A DNA stretch of 64,000 nt from Elusimicrobiota bacterium. GTDB taxonomy: Bacteria > Elusimicrobiota > Elusimicrobia > Elusimicrobiales > UBA9959. Shown here piece by piece: positions 61,815-64,000 of the stretch. The position numbers were made by a program, and so were the translations under genes. The notes under the pieces were generated by a model. That model was given only the letters and a program-made list of their open reading frames with translations. It was not told where the DNA came from and ran no database searches. The stretch is taken from the NCBI GenBank assembly GCA_036574205.1, contig JAINCQ010000009.1:1-64000 (forward strand). The letters are read 5' to 3'. The first letter of the stretch is position 1. Each line of letters begins with the position of its first letter.

Positions 61815-64000
61815 ATAGCATTTCCCTTAAAAGTTTTCTTATATCTTTAAAATCATATAAATTATATTTTGCGTTGGAATTTTCAATCCCAACTTTTATA
61901 GTATAAGCGTTTTTATCCTTTAAAACTTTAAATAAATCCTCGTCAGTCCAATCATCTCCGATAAAAAGTATAAATTCATAATTATCCTTGTCTATAAAAT
62001 ACATTCCGGCATTAGCTTTGTTTATATCATAGTTTCTGACCTCAAGTATTTTATTGCCTTCAAGTATTTGTAGATTAAGATTTGAAGTATAGTTTATCAA
62101 CTCATCCCTGAATTCTTTAATCCTTATCTCAGACATTTCTGGATCGCAATTTCTATAATGAAAAACTATTGAAAATGACTTCTCCTCTATAAAGGAACCT
62201 GGAAGTCTGGTAGTATAATGTTTAAATATTTGCATTATTTCATTTTTCCACCCAACATCCAGATGGGTCATTATCTTCCAGTTTCCACCTTTTTCTTTTA
62301 TCAATGCCCCATGTTCAGCAGAGATAGATATATTAATCCCCTCAAATTGCTGTGAAAGAAAATCTGCTTTTCTTCCACTCAAAATAAGTACATCAGAAAT
62401 ATTGGAAATACCTGAAATGATTTCATATAATTCTTTATCAATGACAGCTTTCGCAGGTAGTTTGCTAAATGGCACCAGAGTCCCATCATAATCAAGCAAA
62501 ATAATTCTTTTTTGAGCTTTTTGAAAATCTTTCAGGATTTTAGCCCTTATATCTGAAGAAACAATTTTTACTTCTATCTCATTTGTTTCCTTTCTGATTC
62601 TTTCAAGATTTTTCAAAAAATCAGAAGCCCATTTAACTACAGTATATTCGCTCAATCTTTTTTGCATAGAATATAACCTTTCTTTCAAAGACTCTTCATC
62701 GCTTTCAAGTATCACTTTAATTGTTTCAGTTATTTCATCTATGTCATTAGGATTGATTATAAAACTTTCTGGTAGTTCTTTGCTTGCGCCTGCTGTGTCG
62801 CTTAAAATAAGGGCCCCGTTATCTTTTTTAGAAGCGATATACTCTTTTGCAACAAGATTCATCCCATCTCTTAAAGGGGTAATAAGAGCAATATCAGCTA
62901 TAGAATAAAGGGCAACAAGGCTGTTAAATGGTATATGCTTATATTGATACAACACTGGTTGCCAGTCCAGATCTCCAAACTCTGAATTAATTTCGCTTAC
63001 AAGTTTATCAAGTTTATCTTTCATCAACTGATACTGAACCACCCCTATTCTTGATGGAACTATTATCAATATAAAAACAACTTTCTTCATATATTGCCGA
63101 TATTTCTTTAAAAAATTTCTATAAGCCATAAGTCTTGAATAAACGCCTTTTGTATAATCCAATCTATCTACCGATAATATCACTTTTAAACCTTTTAATT
63201 TTTTCCTGAGTTCCTCTCTTTCTGTAGCAACCTCATCTTTTTCAACAGCAGAGTTAAATTTTTCTCAGTCTATACCCATTGGAAAGGTATCTGCTTTGAG
63301 CACTCTACCGTTATAAATTACTTTGCCAAAATTATGAGAAATTCCAAGAATCCTTAAAACTGATCTTAAAAAAGAATATGTATACTCATTTGTATGGAAA
63401 CCTATTAAGTCTGCGCCCATAATTCCTTTAAGTATTTCTTTCCTCCACAATTTTGGCATTATTCTATAAATCTCAAAGGAAGGAAAAGGTATATGAAGGA
63501 AAAAATCAATTTTAAACTTATCGCCAATTTTTGATCTAATCATTTGAGGGACAAGCATTAAATGATAATCGTGTATCCAGATAACATCATCATCTCTAGC
63601 AACTTCAATTATTTTATCTGCAAAAAAACTATTAACATTTTTATATATCTCCCACTCATCACTATTAAATTTTGCATACTCCGGAAAATAATGGAAAAGA
63701 GGCCATATAATAGAATTACAAAAACCCAAATAAAATTTCTCCATTTCGCTTTCGGAAACAAATACTGGAATAACATTATGTTCTTTAAAAACAATTTCTG
63801 AAAATTCTTTTTGTTTTTTTTCATTTATTTCAATCCCCGGCCATCCCAACCACATATACTCAAAATCTGGAATTTGAGAGTTTTTTATAAAATCAAGATA
63901 TGAACTTATTCCGGAAACAAGACCTCCAGAACTCGGATTTAAAACATAATTTTCATTTTCTCTAGAAATAGTAAAAGGCAGTCTATTTGAAACTATCAAT
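61801..64000 (-). pseudogene. otsA: Bifunctional trehalose-6-phosphate synthase/phosphatase (OtsA-OtsB fusion) with in-frame TGA; 5' end cut by the window edge
   Basis: IVSNRLP, SGGLVS, WIHDYHL, FPMGID*EKF...VDRLDYTKG, RDGMNLVAKEY, then HAD domain DYDGTL...GDDWTDED. The two ORFs are in the same frame. Confidence 0.9.

Noticed and set aside
61734..63267. Stop-codon recoding (Sec, Pyl or alternative code) for the in-frame TGA and TAG
   Set aside because: TGA and TAG terminate many normal genes in this window, the positions are not catalytic Cys/Lys sites, and a frameshift in the same operon points to decay.
1..64000. Numerous 60-150 aa ORFs antisense to or nested in long genes; CRISPR arrays; rRNA; prophage
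   Set aside because: The short ORFs are shadow frames without RBS or motifs; no regularly spaced repeats, rRNA-like segments or phage genes were seen.

Overview
AT-rich (~30% GC by eye), gene-dense chromosomal window from an anaerobic, fermentative diderm bacterium using standard code 11. An Elusimicrobiota-like origin is plausible but is inference only. From left to right it holds: the right part of an IS481-family element, an atypical initiator-type tRNA-Met, adenine deaminase, a cluster of secreted and cytoplasmic proteases (M14 carboxypeptidase, exported ClpP-like protein, CAAX protease, clostripain, Lon, ClpP), trigger factor, tRNA-Leu and tRNA-Lys with a structured spacer, pullulanase, ackA, a DUF350 + triple-Hint/Tim44 locus, clpB under two variant CIRCE operators, a maltodextrin ABC system, several transporters, a 2-oxoacid:ferredoxin oxidoreductase operon, a kamB-kamC-kamDE-(kat-like)-thiolase lysine fermentation operon, and a trehalose operon (otsAB, DUF5752, treT) in which all three genes are disrupted. 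The most striking item is at 28.9-31.5 kb: an exported, membrane-anchored protein with two Tim44-like domains whose Gly-rich N-terminus is interrupted by three tandem endonuclease-free Hint (intein-like) domains. These are separated only by KG/KGG micro-exteins, always with Gly at -1 and Lys at +1, suggesting a self-processing peptide-ligation system. No CRISPR array or rRNA was seen.
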